From positions 1-63,090 of IMG/VR virus record IMGVR_UViG_3300036398_001095: 63,090 bases of DNA; one strand, 5' to 3'. The position numbers and the translations under genes were made by a program. The notes beneath the pieces are model-generated. The model was not told the origin of the DNA. It saw only the letters and a list, made by a program, of their open reading frames with translations, and did not search any database. Below, in pieces: positions 39,896 through 48,398 of the stretch; the stretch's first letter is position 1; every line of letters begins with the position of its first letter. This DNA is from a virus. Taxonomy: Duplodnaviria; Caudoviricetes.

Positions 39896-40096
39896 ATGAG
39901 AAAACTATTCAACCGCTTAGCCCTCAGGCTTGCACCCTTCACTGTGCGCGTGCTTAGCTCAGACCGCACTTATACCCACAAGGCGCACTCATACGCCGAT
40001 GCGCTCTCATGGGCCCAGCAATATCCCGCCGACTGGGGGCGCGTGGTAATCACCGGCCGCTTTGGCCGCGCCATCGCAGAACGGGGGCAAGCATGA
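39896..40096 (+). CDS. Early hypothetical protein
   Basis: Coupled to the next gene by ATGA. Confidence 0.55.
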   Translation: MRKLFNRLALRLAPFTVRVLSSDRTYTHKAHSYADALSWAQQYPADWGRVVITGRFGRAIAERGQA

Positions 40097-40455
40097 AAAC
40101 CTCAGAGCTAACCGGTGCTGCCCTTGATTGGGCAGTAGCGAAGTGTGGAGGGAGAGGAATTGAGTTCGACGACCCAAGGGATCCGTGGCTTACCCGTGAT
40201 GGGATCGCCGATCAACCCCTGCACAGTTACACCCCATCAACCGACTGGGCACAAGGCGGGCCGATCATTGAGCGAGAGGGTATCTCTGTGGCACGGCGGG
40301 GTGAGCATTCATTTAGCCCGTGGGGTGCGGTGTTGCAAGGGTTTGAGTTTGATGAAGAAGGCCCAACCCCACTAATCGCCGCAATGCGCTGTTATGTCGC
40401 ATCAAAACTTGGCGATGATGTAACCCTTCCCCCTGAACTGGAGCAGACAGTATGA
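40093..40455 (+). CDS. NinX/DUF2591-like protein
   Basis: LTGAALDWAVA...PSTDWAQGGPIIE...PLIAAMRC. Confidence 0.75.
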   Translation: MKTSELTGAALDWAVAKCGGRGIEFDDPRDPWLTRDGIADQPLHSYTPSTDWAQGGPIIEREGISVARRGEHSFSPWGAVLQGFEFDEEGPTPLIAAMRCYVASKLGDDVTLPPELEQTV

Positions 40456-40754
40456 GCAAACCTTACACCGCACGCACATGGCCCGAACGCCTTGCCATCA
40501 TGAAAGACTTGGAAGCTTGCAATTCAATGATGCACCAGGGCCACGTTGGGAACGGCTTTGTTGCTGCCATTGGCCGCGATAGTTTCGCCGTGACCGATCA
40601 GGCCATGCGAGCCCATGGCTTTGAATGCGCCGAGCTTTACAACTTCCCGCTTGGCACTGATAAACCCGCCGAGCACCTACGCCACGACTCCCGCGGCTTT
40701 CCTTCCTGCTGCTGGCTGCTGGCTTGGTTCGAGCCGATCGGGGGGCAAGCATGA
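40452..40754 (+). CDS. Early hypothetical protein
   Basis: ATGA coupling at both ends. Confidence 0.55.
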   Translation: MSKPYTARTWPERLAIMKDLEACNSMMHQGHVGNGFVAAIGRDSFAVTDQAMRAHGFECAELYNFPLGTDKPAEHLRHDSRGFPSCCWLLAWFEPIGGQA

Positions 40755-40945
40755 ACGCCGCACAATGCGCCGCCGTTTATCTTGCCGCCGTCGACTTGGC
40801 GCACGCAATCAAATCGCAAAGGGATTGCGAACCCATGGACGAAAAAGCCTTGTTGTTTACCCTGCAAGATTTGCGCGAAGCCTTCCCAATTATTTCCGAT
40901 CAGATCGCTTACGTAATCGAAACCCTGGACGAGGTGCAGTCATGA
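40751..40945 (+). CDS. Early hypothetical protein
   Basis: ATGA coupling. Confidence 0.55.
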   Translation: MNAAQCAAVYLAAVDLAHAIKSQRDCEPMDEKALLFTLQDLREAFPIISDQIAYVIETLDEVQS

Positions 40946-41286
40946 TGCTACTGAGCAAAACCTACGAAATAATCACGCCCGAATCCGCCGAGGATGGCGT
41001 AGTTGATCAATCGGGCTTTGAATTCGAGCGTGAGCCGTTCAGCTTTAGCGAATTAGTCCAGGCGCTGGAGGATTACTCGCACGTGAGCGATTCAACTTTT
41101 GGCGACCATAATTGGGCCATATCAGAGCCGGACATCAACTGGCGAACTGGCGCCGAGACGGTTTACAGCTTGCACTTCGTTGGGCCCGAATCGAAGCGTA
41201 AGTATTGGCTGAGAGCATTACGTAATCGCTTTCGCCCGAAAGTAGAGCCACGCAACCGCGGCCAGATGGCCCTTGATGGGCTTTAA
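40942..41286 (+). CDS. Early hypothetical protein
   Basis: TYEIITPESAEDG...SGF; GAGG RBS. Confidence 0.6.
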   Translation: MMLLSKTYEIITPESAEDGVVDQSGFEFEREPFSFSELVQALEDYSHVSDSTFGDHNWAISEPDINWRTGAETVYSLHFVGPESKRKYWLRALRNRFRPKVEPRNRGQMALDGL

Positions 41287-41288
41287 TC

Positions 41289-41456
41289 ATGCGCCCAATC
41301 CCTTTGTGGCAATACAACCCCATCACGGGCTACTGGAAACTGGCTCGTATGTGCGACCCGGCCACGGCTCACCAATGGCTGGCAATCTATCAGCGCGACC
41401 ATGGCGCTAACTTCATCGAACTAACTCACATCAAACCAAAGAGAGCACCAAAATGA
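41289..41456 (+). CDS. Small hypothetical protein (55 aa)
   Basis: MRPIPLWQYNPITGYW...; fills the gap. Confidence 0.5.
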   Translation: MRPIPLWQYNPITGYWKLARMCDPATAHQWLAIYQRDHGANFIELTHIKPKRAPK

Positions 41457-41617
41457 ACGATTACATCGCACAAGGATTTAAGAATCGCCGCGACTATCTC
41501 GAAGCACTGGCCGAGGAATACGACCGCGACAAGGTTTTTATGCTGGCCGCCATGCTTGGCCCTTCCGAGGACTTTGACGGGCTAGTGACCGCCCTCGAAG
41601 ATGACATGGATTACTGA
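41453..41617 (+). CDS. Small conserved protein (54 aa)
   Basis: GFKNRRDYL...LGPSEDFDGLV. Confidence 0.6.
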   Translation: MNDYIAQGFKNRRDYLEALAEEYDRDKVFMLAAMLGPSEDFDGLVTALEDDMDY

Positions 41618-41690
41618 GGATGCAACCTCGGGCACTTTGCGAAGTGCCCAGGGGTGCAGCTTCGCACCGATCAACCAAGAGAACCAAACC

Positions 41691-42131
41691 ATGGAACAAC
41701 GCAAGCAGCAAATTATCGACAGCCTTTATCGCTGGATTAAGCAGCGCCCCGGCCTTGAATACGGGAATTACGGCGACATTTCAGCTTACCGATCAGAGCT
41801 TCGCGGCATCACTAAAGACCTACACCACGCCCGCGAAATGCTCGCCTACGTTAGCCGCCGCCCAAGCATTACGGCCGACGATTTGATTGAGTCCACCTTT
41901 CGCGCTTACAGTGCCCGCTTGAGCATACGCGAAGGCATAGAACGCGCTGAGGTTGAATACTGCGCCGGCCAATACTGGCCCACTGAATACCGTGCAGCCG
42001 TTTGTGCTGTCCTGTCCTCAGCGATTTGGTTTAGATTTGCTGAAGATATGACTTCCCCCACAGGCGAAGCCATACGCAAGGCCGCACGCCGTGAGCTTCC
42101 CCGATCAGTGGCGGCCCGGTGGTTTCGATGA
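41691..42131 (+). CDS. Early hypothetical protein
   Basis: QRPGLEYGNYG...YCAGQYWPTEYR. Confidence 0.6.
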   Translation: MEQRKQQIIDSLYRWIKQRPGLEYGNYGDISAYRSELRGITKDLHHAREMLAYVSRRPSITADDLIESTFRAYSARLSIREGIERAEVEYCAGQYWPTEYRAAVCAVLSSAIWFRFAEDMTSPTGEAIRKAARRELPRSVAARWFR

Positions 42132-42421
42132 ACACTCGCCCATTTTTCACCTTCGCACCCGCTGGAGACTTCGAGCGGGAATTTTTCCGACTGGTCGACG
42201 AGTACCGCGCTCGCAAGCCGCGCGGACTTTCGGGAACCATAGGCGAGAAAGGCAGCTTTCAGGTTTTCACGCCGCCGAAAACGACTCACCCGCTACTGTT
42301 CGCCGCGCAGATGGTTAGCCGCAAGGATTACAGGATAGCCGACCCCTACGGGCCCGCTGGTATGGTCGAATGTGAAGGCAACTTGTTGTTTTATGGGCTT
42401 GCGATACACTCGCCCGGATGA
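42128..42421 (+). CDS. Early hypothetical protein
   Basis: ATGA coupling. Confidence 0.5.
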   Translation: MNTRPFFTFAPAGDFEREFFRLVDEYRARKPRGLSGTIGEKGSFQVFTPPKTTHPLLFAAQMVSRKDYRIADPYGPAGMVECEGNLLFYGLAIHSPG

Positions 42422-42618
42422 ATCCTTACATCGAGATGAACGAAGGCATGGCCGAGATTTTAGCGGCCCTGCCCGATCAATTCGAGCACCCAGCCACAGC
42501 CGCCGCCGCACTGGCAGCGGCTTTTGTCGTCCACTGCCGGCAGTGGGGCATACCCGACGAGACCGCGCAGACGCTTATCACCGCCGCTCTAGCTGATTAC
42601 ACACTGACGAAGCATTGA
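42418..42618 (+). CDS. Early hypothetical protein
   Basis: ATGA coupling; convergent with the primase. Confidence 0.5.
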   Translation: MNPYIEMNEGMAEILAALPDQFEHPATAAAALAAAFVVHCRQWGIPDETAQTLITAALADYTLTKH

Positions 42619-43371
42619 CCGCACCGCACCGAGACCCGCTCTCATATGCAGATCGTTTGCATCATCGCCAAGTGTAGGGCTCATGCACCACGGCAACCCG
42701 CTAGCCTTCGCAACCCGCTGACCCGTACCGCTCGCGTCATGATCGGCAACGATGCGCCCGCCCGTAATGCGTGCCACATGCGCCAGATTGCCCGCGCTGA
42801 AGCACACCACCACCCGCACATCAGAAAACCGCAACGCCGCTTGCACGCTAAGCCCGGTCGCGTAGCCTTCGACTAGCCATGGCTCCCGACCCCGACCGAG
42901 CACGAACACCGCGCCTTTCGCACGCGTGCCTGGTATGAAGCGCTTTTCACCACTGACTTGGATTCTCTGGGCGCCCACCACCCGCTGCGTATTTACATCC
43001 CTCATGGGTACGATCAGCTCTTCACCAACGACTAGCCCCTTCGCATCTGGGAATCCCTTGGCTTTCAGATAGGGATGCTGCGCCATGGTTGCCTTGTTGA
43101 TCAGCTCCTGCGCTTGCTTGGCCGCCCGTGCGTGCTTGATACGCTCTTCACTATCGTCAAAGCATTTGATGAACTGGCTGACCTTCTCGCCATACCGGGC
43201 AAACGATTCCATGGTTGCCCAGTTCTTCACCACTCCTGAGTTGCCATCAAAGATGTAAGCACCATTCCTCTTGCGTGGCTTGTCTACCGTGGGTACCCGG
43301 TGCCACCTGCCATCAGGTATGGCATGGTTGATAATCAGACCATGGGCCTGTGCGTGTGCAACAAAACTCAT
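42589..43371 (-). CDS. TOPRIM-domain primase
   Basis: HPYL..KG, LIVPM, VEGYATGLS, ADHD...G, DANDL. Confidence 0.85.
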   Translation of the reverse strand: MSFVAHAQAHGLIINHAIPDGRWHRVPTVDKPRKRNGAYIFDGNSGVVKNWATMESFARYGEKVSQFIKCFDDSEERIKHARAAKQAQELINKATMAQHPYLKAKGFPDAKGLVVGEELIVPMRDVNTQRVVGAQRIQVSGEKRFIPGTRAKGAVFVLGRGREPWLVEGYATGLSVQAALRFSDVRVVVCFSAGNLAHVARITGGRIVADHDASGTGQRVAKASGLPWCMSPTLGDDANDLHMRAGLGAVRSMLRQCVIS

Positions 43372-43583
43372 GTGTTCTTCTCCCGCAGCTTGATTTCTAT
43401 TTCTTTGGCAAACCTAAACTGCATCGGACCAGTGATGATTGCATCTGCTCTATACATGGCTTGCGTCACCTCATCGTCTGTCAGCCCAATCCATTCAGCT
43501 TTACAACAATGACCACACCTTGGACACTCAAAGTCATCAAGATATGACCTTGGCTTCTGGTGCATGTTGTGATCCCCGCTCAT
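43368..43583 (-). CDS. Small protein with a CxxC motif and a WIGLTDDE module
   Basis: CPRCGHCC; C-terminus like the genes at 52.7-53.8 kb. Confidence 0.55.
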   Translation of the reverse strand: MSGDHNMHQKPRSYLDDFECPRCGHCCKAEWIGLTDDEVTQAMYRADAIITGPMQFRFAKEIEIKLREKNT

Positions 43584-43756
43584 ACCTTCCCCCCAAGTAG
43601 TAGCCTCAATGAATCCATGACCCAGTACTTCGGGCCTGTCGTTATCCCCGCGGCGATACGCCATATCGATGACTGCGTTACACCAATTGACTTGGCAATC
43701 TGGTGATGCGTCATACCCCTAGCTTCCAACGCTCTCACTATTTCCTGTGGCGTCAT
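43580..43756 (-). CDS. Cro/XRE-like HTH regulator (58 aa)
   Basis: MTPQEIVRALEARGMTHHQIAKSIGVTQSSIWRIAAG; ATGA coupling at both ends; not in the ORF track. Confidence 0.7.
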   Translation of the reverse strand: MTPQEIVRALEARGMTHHQIAKSIGVTQSSIWRIAAGITTGPKYWVMDSLRLLLGGKV

Positions 43757-45276
43757 ACCAATCTCCTGCCAAACTTACTCTTTGCATACTTGATGACCTG
43801 CTGCTTGATCTTGTTCTGTGTAACCATCCTTGGCTCCACAAAGATCGCCTCGTGAAACTTCCACTTAGGCCAATCCCCCGTCAGGTTCTTGTACTGGGCC
43901 TTGGCAAATCGCTCAGCCGCCGCAAGATCCCCACGCTTCCTGTCCTTGCTGATCTGCACAATCTCCCACCAAACAAGACGCTTATCCGACATCCAATCCG
44001 ATGACTTGGTGCCGCCAAACTCCACCATCTGGCCAGCCGTATTCAGTACATTGCTTGCAGACCTGCGCTCTGCCCCGCACGATGGGCACACCCGGCCGCG
44101 GAACATGTACCCGCACGCCGTGCATTTGATCTCTGCCTTCTCTTTCTCAGTGGGCTCCTTGCGTACCTTGGCGTCTAGCTTTCCATCCTCTAATTCCTGT
44201 ACGCCATGGGCAAATACCTCTACCTGATCCTCCCAGAACCGAGTGAGGTTGCCTGCGTGATCCAGCCACACAGCGAAGTCCTTGCCGGGATGCGGGCGCA
44301 TAACCCTGCCCATCTGTTGAATGTGACCCGATAATGATTTTCTATATGGCCTGGCACATACACCGATTTTAATATCTGTAACATCAAATCCTTTTGCCAG
44401 CGCTTCACAAGATATTAATCCGATAATATCGCTGTCAGGTTTTCTGAACTCATCAATTAATTCCCTGCGTCGTTCGTTATTACCATCTTTATAACTGATC
44501 TGCTGAAAGTTATAACCCCTCTGTGCAAACTCTCTGCATAATTCCTCACCGTGTGCAACGGTTGCGCTAAATACAATGGTTTTAACTGGGCCATTAAAAT
44601 GTTTATTGGTAGCCTCGATCCACTCAGAGACGACATCGCCAACGATCTCAACCCCTTGTTTTTCCATGTCTTTTTCTGCCCACTCGCCATCGAACTTAAC
44701 CGCGGCGCCACGCATATCCATCTCAGACTTCGCTACAAACATTTTAACGGGCACTAACCAACCGTCATTAATTAGTTTATCGGTTGTCGTGCTATTTACT
44801 ACGTTAGTAAATATCTTTGATAATCCTTTTGTAAATGGCGTTGCAGTTAATCCAACAACAATTGCATCAGGATATTTTTCAATCGCATTAATTACTGAAC
44901 GGTGTAATACATGCGCTTCATCTACCACTATAAGCTTTGGAGCGTTATCTATCTTGCGTCTTGCCAATGTCTGTGCGGATATAACCTGCACATATTCATA
45001 TGGACGCCAGCGCCAGTGATCCGCCTGTATGACGCCATGAGGTACGCCATACCTATCCAGTGTTGTACTGGTCTGGTCTACCAGTGACACCCGATCGCAT
45101 ATGAACCAAGCTACGTTCTGCTTGGCCCTTGCTTCGTTCAGTAAGTAGCTGGCACTTACAGTCTTGCCCGCTCCGGTGGGCGCCACCAGGATCTGTGACC
45201 GGTGCCCTTTACGGACACCATCACGTAGCTCATCCAGTGCTTTGATTTGGTAGTCACGCAGACTTTCGATCAGCAT
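43753..45276 (-). CDS. Superfamily 2 DNA helicase with a C-terminal Zn ribbon
   Basis: APTGAGKT, VDEAH, GLTATP, QQMGRVMR, CTAC..CPSC. Confidence 0.9.
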   Translation of the reverse strand: MLIESLRDYQIKALDELRDGVRKGHRSQILVAPTGAGKTVSASYLLNEARAKQNVAWFICDRVSLVDQTSTTLDRYGVPHGVIQADHWRWRPYEYVQVISAQTLARRKIDNAPKLIVVDEAHVLHRSVINAIEKYPDAIVVGLTATPFTKGLSKIFTNVVNSTTTDKLINDGWLVPVKMFVAKSEMDMRGAAVKFDGEWAEKDMEKQGVEIVGDVVSEWIEATNKHFNGPVKTIVFSATVAHGEELCREFAQRGYNFQQISYKDGNNERRRELIDEFRKPDSDIIGLISCEALAKGFDVTDIKIGVCARPYRKSLSGHIQQMGRVMRPHPGKDFAVWLDHAGNLTRFWEDQVEVFAHGVQELEDGKLDAKVRKEPTEKEKAEIKCTACGYMFRGRVCPSCGAERRSASNVLNTAGQMVEFGGTKSSDWMSDKRLVWWEIVQISKDRKRGDLAAAERFAKAQYKNLTGDWPKWKFHEAIFVEPRMVTQNKIKQQVIKYAKSKFGRRLV

Positions 45277-46072
45277 GTTTCTTCCAATACATGACTTGTT
45301 TCTTAAGCTCGGCGCACTCCCGCTGCCACTTGTCCCGGGCCTCGGTAAGGTTGTCGATCGTGGACTGCATCTGCTTCATGGTCTGGTAGTGCTCTGTATC
45401 CCTGAGCGCTGTAAGGATCGTGACTTCCTTGGCCAGCTCTTGGTAGTTATCAAGGATCTCTTGGTACTGCTCATTCAGCTCGTCATAGGCCACCTTCAGG
45501 GCGTCATACTTGTCCTGTGCCACGGCTGACTTCAAGACAGGCTTAACGGGCGCTGGAGGCACGTTCTCTGGCTCTTCCTTATCTACCGCCCTGATCGCCT
45601 CTGAAAGGCTCATAGCCCCTTTCTTGACCGCCTCAATGACCTCCTGGTCGCCTGACTGTGCAACCTTCTTGGCCCGCTCTACCGATCGCTTACCTACTCC
45701 AGCACGCTTAGCCATCTCATCTGAGGTAATTCCGCCAGCTGGCGGAATTTGATACTTTCGTAGGGGGGTACCCACGCCTGCCCATGTGCTGCAAGTGACC
45801 ACGGCCATGGCTTTTTGTGCTGGTGATAGATGGCGGCGATGAAGGTTCAGGTCGATGACATAGGCCACTGGGTCTTTGCCATCGTATTCATGGAAGGATG
45901 GATTGATGTCCAGCTGTAAGCAGGCACGGAACCGGTGCCATCCGTCCAGGATCTTGTTCTCGTATGTGGTGATGGGTTCACGCTGCCCGTGGGCTTTGAT
46001 GGATTCCAATAGGTCTTGGAAGTCCTCATCGGGCATGTCAGGGAATGCTGCTGATAACTGGTGTCTTTCCAT
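45254..46072 (-). CDS. ParB-like protein (ParB/Srx N-domain, HTH, coiled coil)
   Basis: ESIKAHGQREPI...ILDGWHRFRAC, NLHRRHLS, EMAKRAGVGKRSVERAK. Confidence 0.85.
   Translation of the reverse strand: MERHQLSAAFPDMPDEDFQDLLESIKAHGQREPITTYENKILDGWHRFRACLQLDINPSFHEYDGKDPVAYVIDLNLHRRHLSPAQKAMAVVTCSTWAGVGTPLRKYQIPPAGGITSDEMAKRAGVGKRSVERAKKVAQSGDQEVIEAVKKGAMSLSEAIRAVDKEEPENVPPAPVKPVLKSAVAQDKYDALKVAYDELNEQYQEILDNYQELAKEVTILTALRDTEHYQTMKQMQSTIDNLTEARDKWQRECAELKKQVMYWKKHADRKSA
45726..45765. repeat. 40-bp dispersed palindromic element, copy 4 (in the parB-like gene)
   Basis: GTAATTCCGCCAGCTGGCGGAATTTGATACTTTCGTAGGG; encodes LRKYQIPPAGGIT. Confidence 0.9.
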
Positions 46073-46089
46073 ATCTCTCTCTTAGTTAA

Positions 46090-47610
46090 TGACGCTCGGT
46101 GACTTTGGTGCTCACGATTTTTTTGACTCACTTCGTTGGCTTGGTTCTCTCAGCGATGGTGGTTCGTTCGTGTACTTTGGTTCTCTCAGCCTGGCTGACT
46201 CACTTCTCTATCCCGGTTCTCTTACCTGCGTTGGTTCGTTCTAGCTCCCTGGGTCTCTCGGCAGTTGCGACTCACTCTCTTACGGTGGATCTCTCACAAA
46301 TAGTGGTTCGTTCGCGTGATTTGGTTCTCTCAGTTTGCATGACTCACTCTCATACCAAGGTTCTATCGCAATCTCTGGTTCGTTCTGGACGATTGGTTCT
46401 CTCTCTTTTTCTGACTCGCTCGGCCGAATTGGTGCTCTTGGCCAACTTGGCTCACTCTCGATTTATGGTTCTCTTCCATTGCTTGGTTCGTTTACAACTT
46501 GTGGTTCTCTCCGTTAACTTGACTCACTCTGGGCGGATGGTGCTCTGGGCTCGAGTGGTTCACTCCAGGGGGATGGTTCTCTCGGGGGGCATGGTTCACT
46601 TGACCGATTAGGTTCTCTCTTCGCTCTAGGTTCGTTCGGCTGACCCGGTTCTTTCTGCGTCGATGACTCACTTGCCAGTCATGGTTCTCTCTAAATCGGT
46701 GGTTCGTTCGGCTGACTCGGTTCTATTCGCGTCGATGACTCACTTCCCGGCAATGGTTCTCTTGCTTGTTTAGGTTCGTTCCTGTTGGCAGGCTCTCTTA
46801 CCCGACATGACTCACTCTATCAACGGTAAAACTATCAGTGGTCTTGGTTCGTTCTGGTGCATTGGTTCTCTCTCGCATGTTGACTCGTTCACCTGCCTTG
46901 GTTCTCTCGGCAACATTGACTCGCTCTGCATATATGGTTCTCTCACGATGACTGACTCGTTCACGATGCGTGGTTCTCTTGGGCGCTATGACTCGTTCGC
47001 ATGAATTGGTTCTATCGGCTTCATTGACTCACTTCCTCAGCATGGTGCTCTTTATACCCCTGGCTCGTTCTGCGTGTATGGTTCTCTCGCTTTTAGTGAC
47101 TCGTTCTGCCACATTGGTTCTCTCTGGACGGATAACTCGTTTGATCTCCTTGGTTCTCTCGATGCTTGTGACTCGTTCTCGTGATATGGGTATCTCGGGC
47201 TTCTTGACTCGTTCGAGACCATTGGTTCTCTCAGCGTTCATGACTCGTTTGCCTCATATGGTTCTCTTCCATCCGCTGACTCGTTCGTGTCATATGGTTC
47301 TCTTCTCGCTATTGACTCGTTCCAAAACCCTGGTTCTCTCTTCACTGTTGACTCGTTCTGACTGATTGGTTCTCTCTTCAAAAATGACTCGTTCTCGCTA
47401 TATGGCGCTCTCGCAACTGATGACTCGTTCTCATGGGCTGGTTCTCTCTTGAAATTTGACTCGTTCGCTTTTGCTGGGCCTCTTTTGTCCTTTGACTCGT
47501 TCTCTTCTGTTGGTTCTCTCGCGCCGAATGACTCGTTCTATGGTTTTGGTTCTATCTTGTTCGATGACTCACTCAATCCATTTGGTGCTCTTGCAGAGCT
47601 TGGTTAAACA
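46090..47610 (-). ncRNA. TIGR (tandem interspaced guide RNA) array, about 42 units of 36 nt
   Basis: Two alternating repeats every 18 nt (minus strand RAGAGAACCA and GAACGAGTCA/RAGTGAGTCA/GAACGAACCA) with variable 8-9 nt spacers; repeat A at 46106+36n, one 1-nt slip at 46827, last copy at 47583; begins at the stop codon of the Nop-domain gene. Confidence 0.88.
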
Positions 47611-48398
47611 GGTGAAGGTATGAAATGAGCATGGCCCATGTGTGCAATCGGATAAGGCAGCGGCGGCTTCGTACCAAAGTGCGTCTCATACCATGCGCCA
47701 TGGAGATGGCTCAGGAATAGCTTGACCGCATACCTTCTTGCCCTTGCATCGATCTGGCCCGGTGGCAGTACGCCATTGGACAGATGCTTAAAAGCTTCCG
47801 TGGTCTTGCCTACCTTCTCCTTCAGTTGCTCGGCCAGTTCCTTGTTATCACCACGCTCATTGCGGGCGATCTCAAAGTTCTTGCGCTCCCTGTAAATGTG
47901 ACCGTAGTAGCAGTCATCACGGCCAGAGAATTTCATGAAGGATTGGCCGGCCTTCCAGCAAAGCGTCTTCAGTCCTGCATTCCATGGGCGCTTCTGTCCC
48001 TTCTCCCATTTGCTTGTGGGATCTAATCCAGCATAGCGCCAGATATGCCCAACGGTAGGAGCCTTCTCAATATCAATGTGCGCTAACAGCCCCGCGGAAA
48101 TGACCGGGCCGATGCCAACGATCTGACGCATCCATGCACCCATGACATGCGACTCAGTGTAGGAATCAAGCGCCTTCTTGATCTGCTCTTCCAGCCCCTT
48201 GGATTGGGATGCTAGCCAGCCGATCACTGCATTGGGCTCCATGGATTCATCCAGCGCCCGGACTTGGTTGGTGGAGCGCTTACGGTCTTCTTGGGCGATG
48301 TAGTAGTAATCGACCAGGAATCTTGCCTCATCATCAGACAGCTTGGCGGCTGCGACTTTAAGGTCTTTGGTCAGCTTCATGATTGGTTCTAAGTTCAT
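47604..48398 (-). CDS. tasA: TasA-like Nop/IS110-domain RNA-binding protein without RuvC or HNH domain
   Basis: N-terminal coiled coil, IVGIGPVISAGLL, IWRYAGLDP, ARARRYAVKLFLSHL; 264 aa, no DEDD domain or IS110 Ser-Gly loop; adjacent 36-nt array. Confidence 0.85.
   Translation of the reverse strand: MNLEPIMKLTKDLKVAAAKLSDDEARFLVDYYYIAQEDRKRSTNQVRALDESMEPNAVIGWLASQSKGLEEQIKKALDSYTESHVMGAWMRQIVGIGPVISAGLLAHIDIEKAPTVGHIWRYAGLDPTSKWEKGQKRPWNAGLKTLCWKAGQSFMKFSGRDDCYYGHIYRERKNFEIARNERGDNKELAEQLKEKVGKTTEAFKHLSNGVLPPGQIDARARRYAVKLFLSHLHGAWYETHFGTKPPLPYPIAHMGHAHFIPSPV

Noticed and set aside
46099-47365. ORFs inside the 36-nt array (46099-46611, 46335-46517, 46807-47004, 46970-47365, 47029-47241)
   Set aside because: Open only because the period is a multiple of 3; spacers introduce stops at random, and the plus-strand ORFs oppose the operon direction
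46090-47610. CRISPR array
   Set aside because: Repeats are about 10 nt and alternate between two types, spacers are 8-9 nt, and no cas operon is present
46090-47610. Self-targeting of array spacers to the 40-bp palindrome or elsewhere in the genome
   Set aside because: No spacer resembles the palindrome core by eye; a full bipartite search could not be run, so no target is claimed
47604-48398. IS110 transposase / insertion sequence
   Set aside because: Lacks the N-terminal DEDD RuvC domain and the catalytic Ser loop; translationally coupled within an operon and followed by a guide-like array
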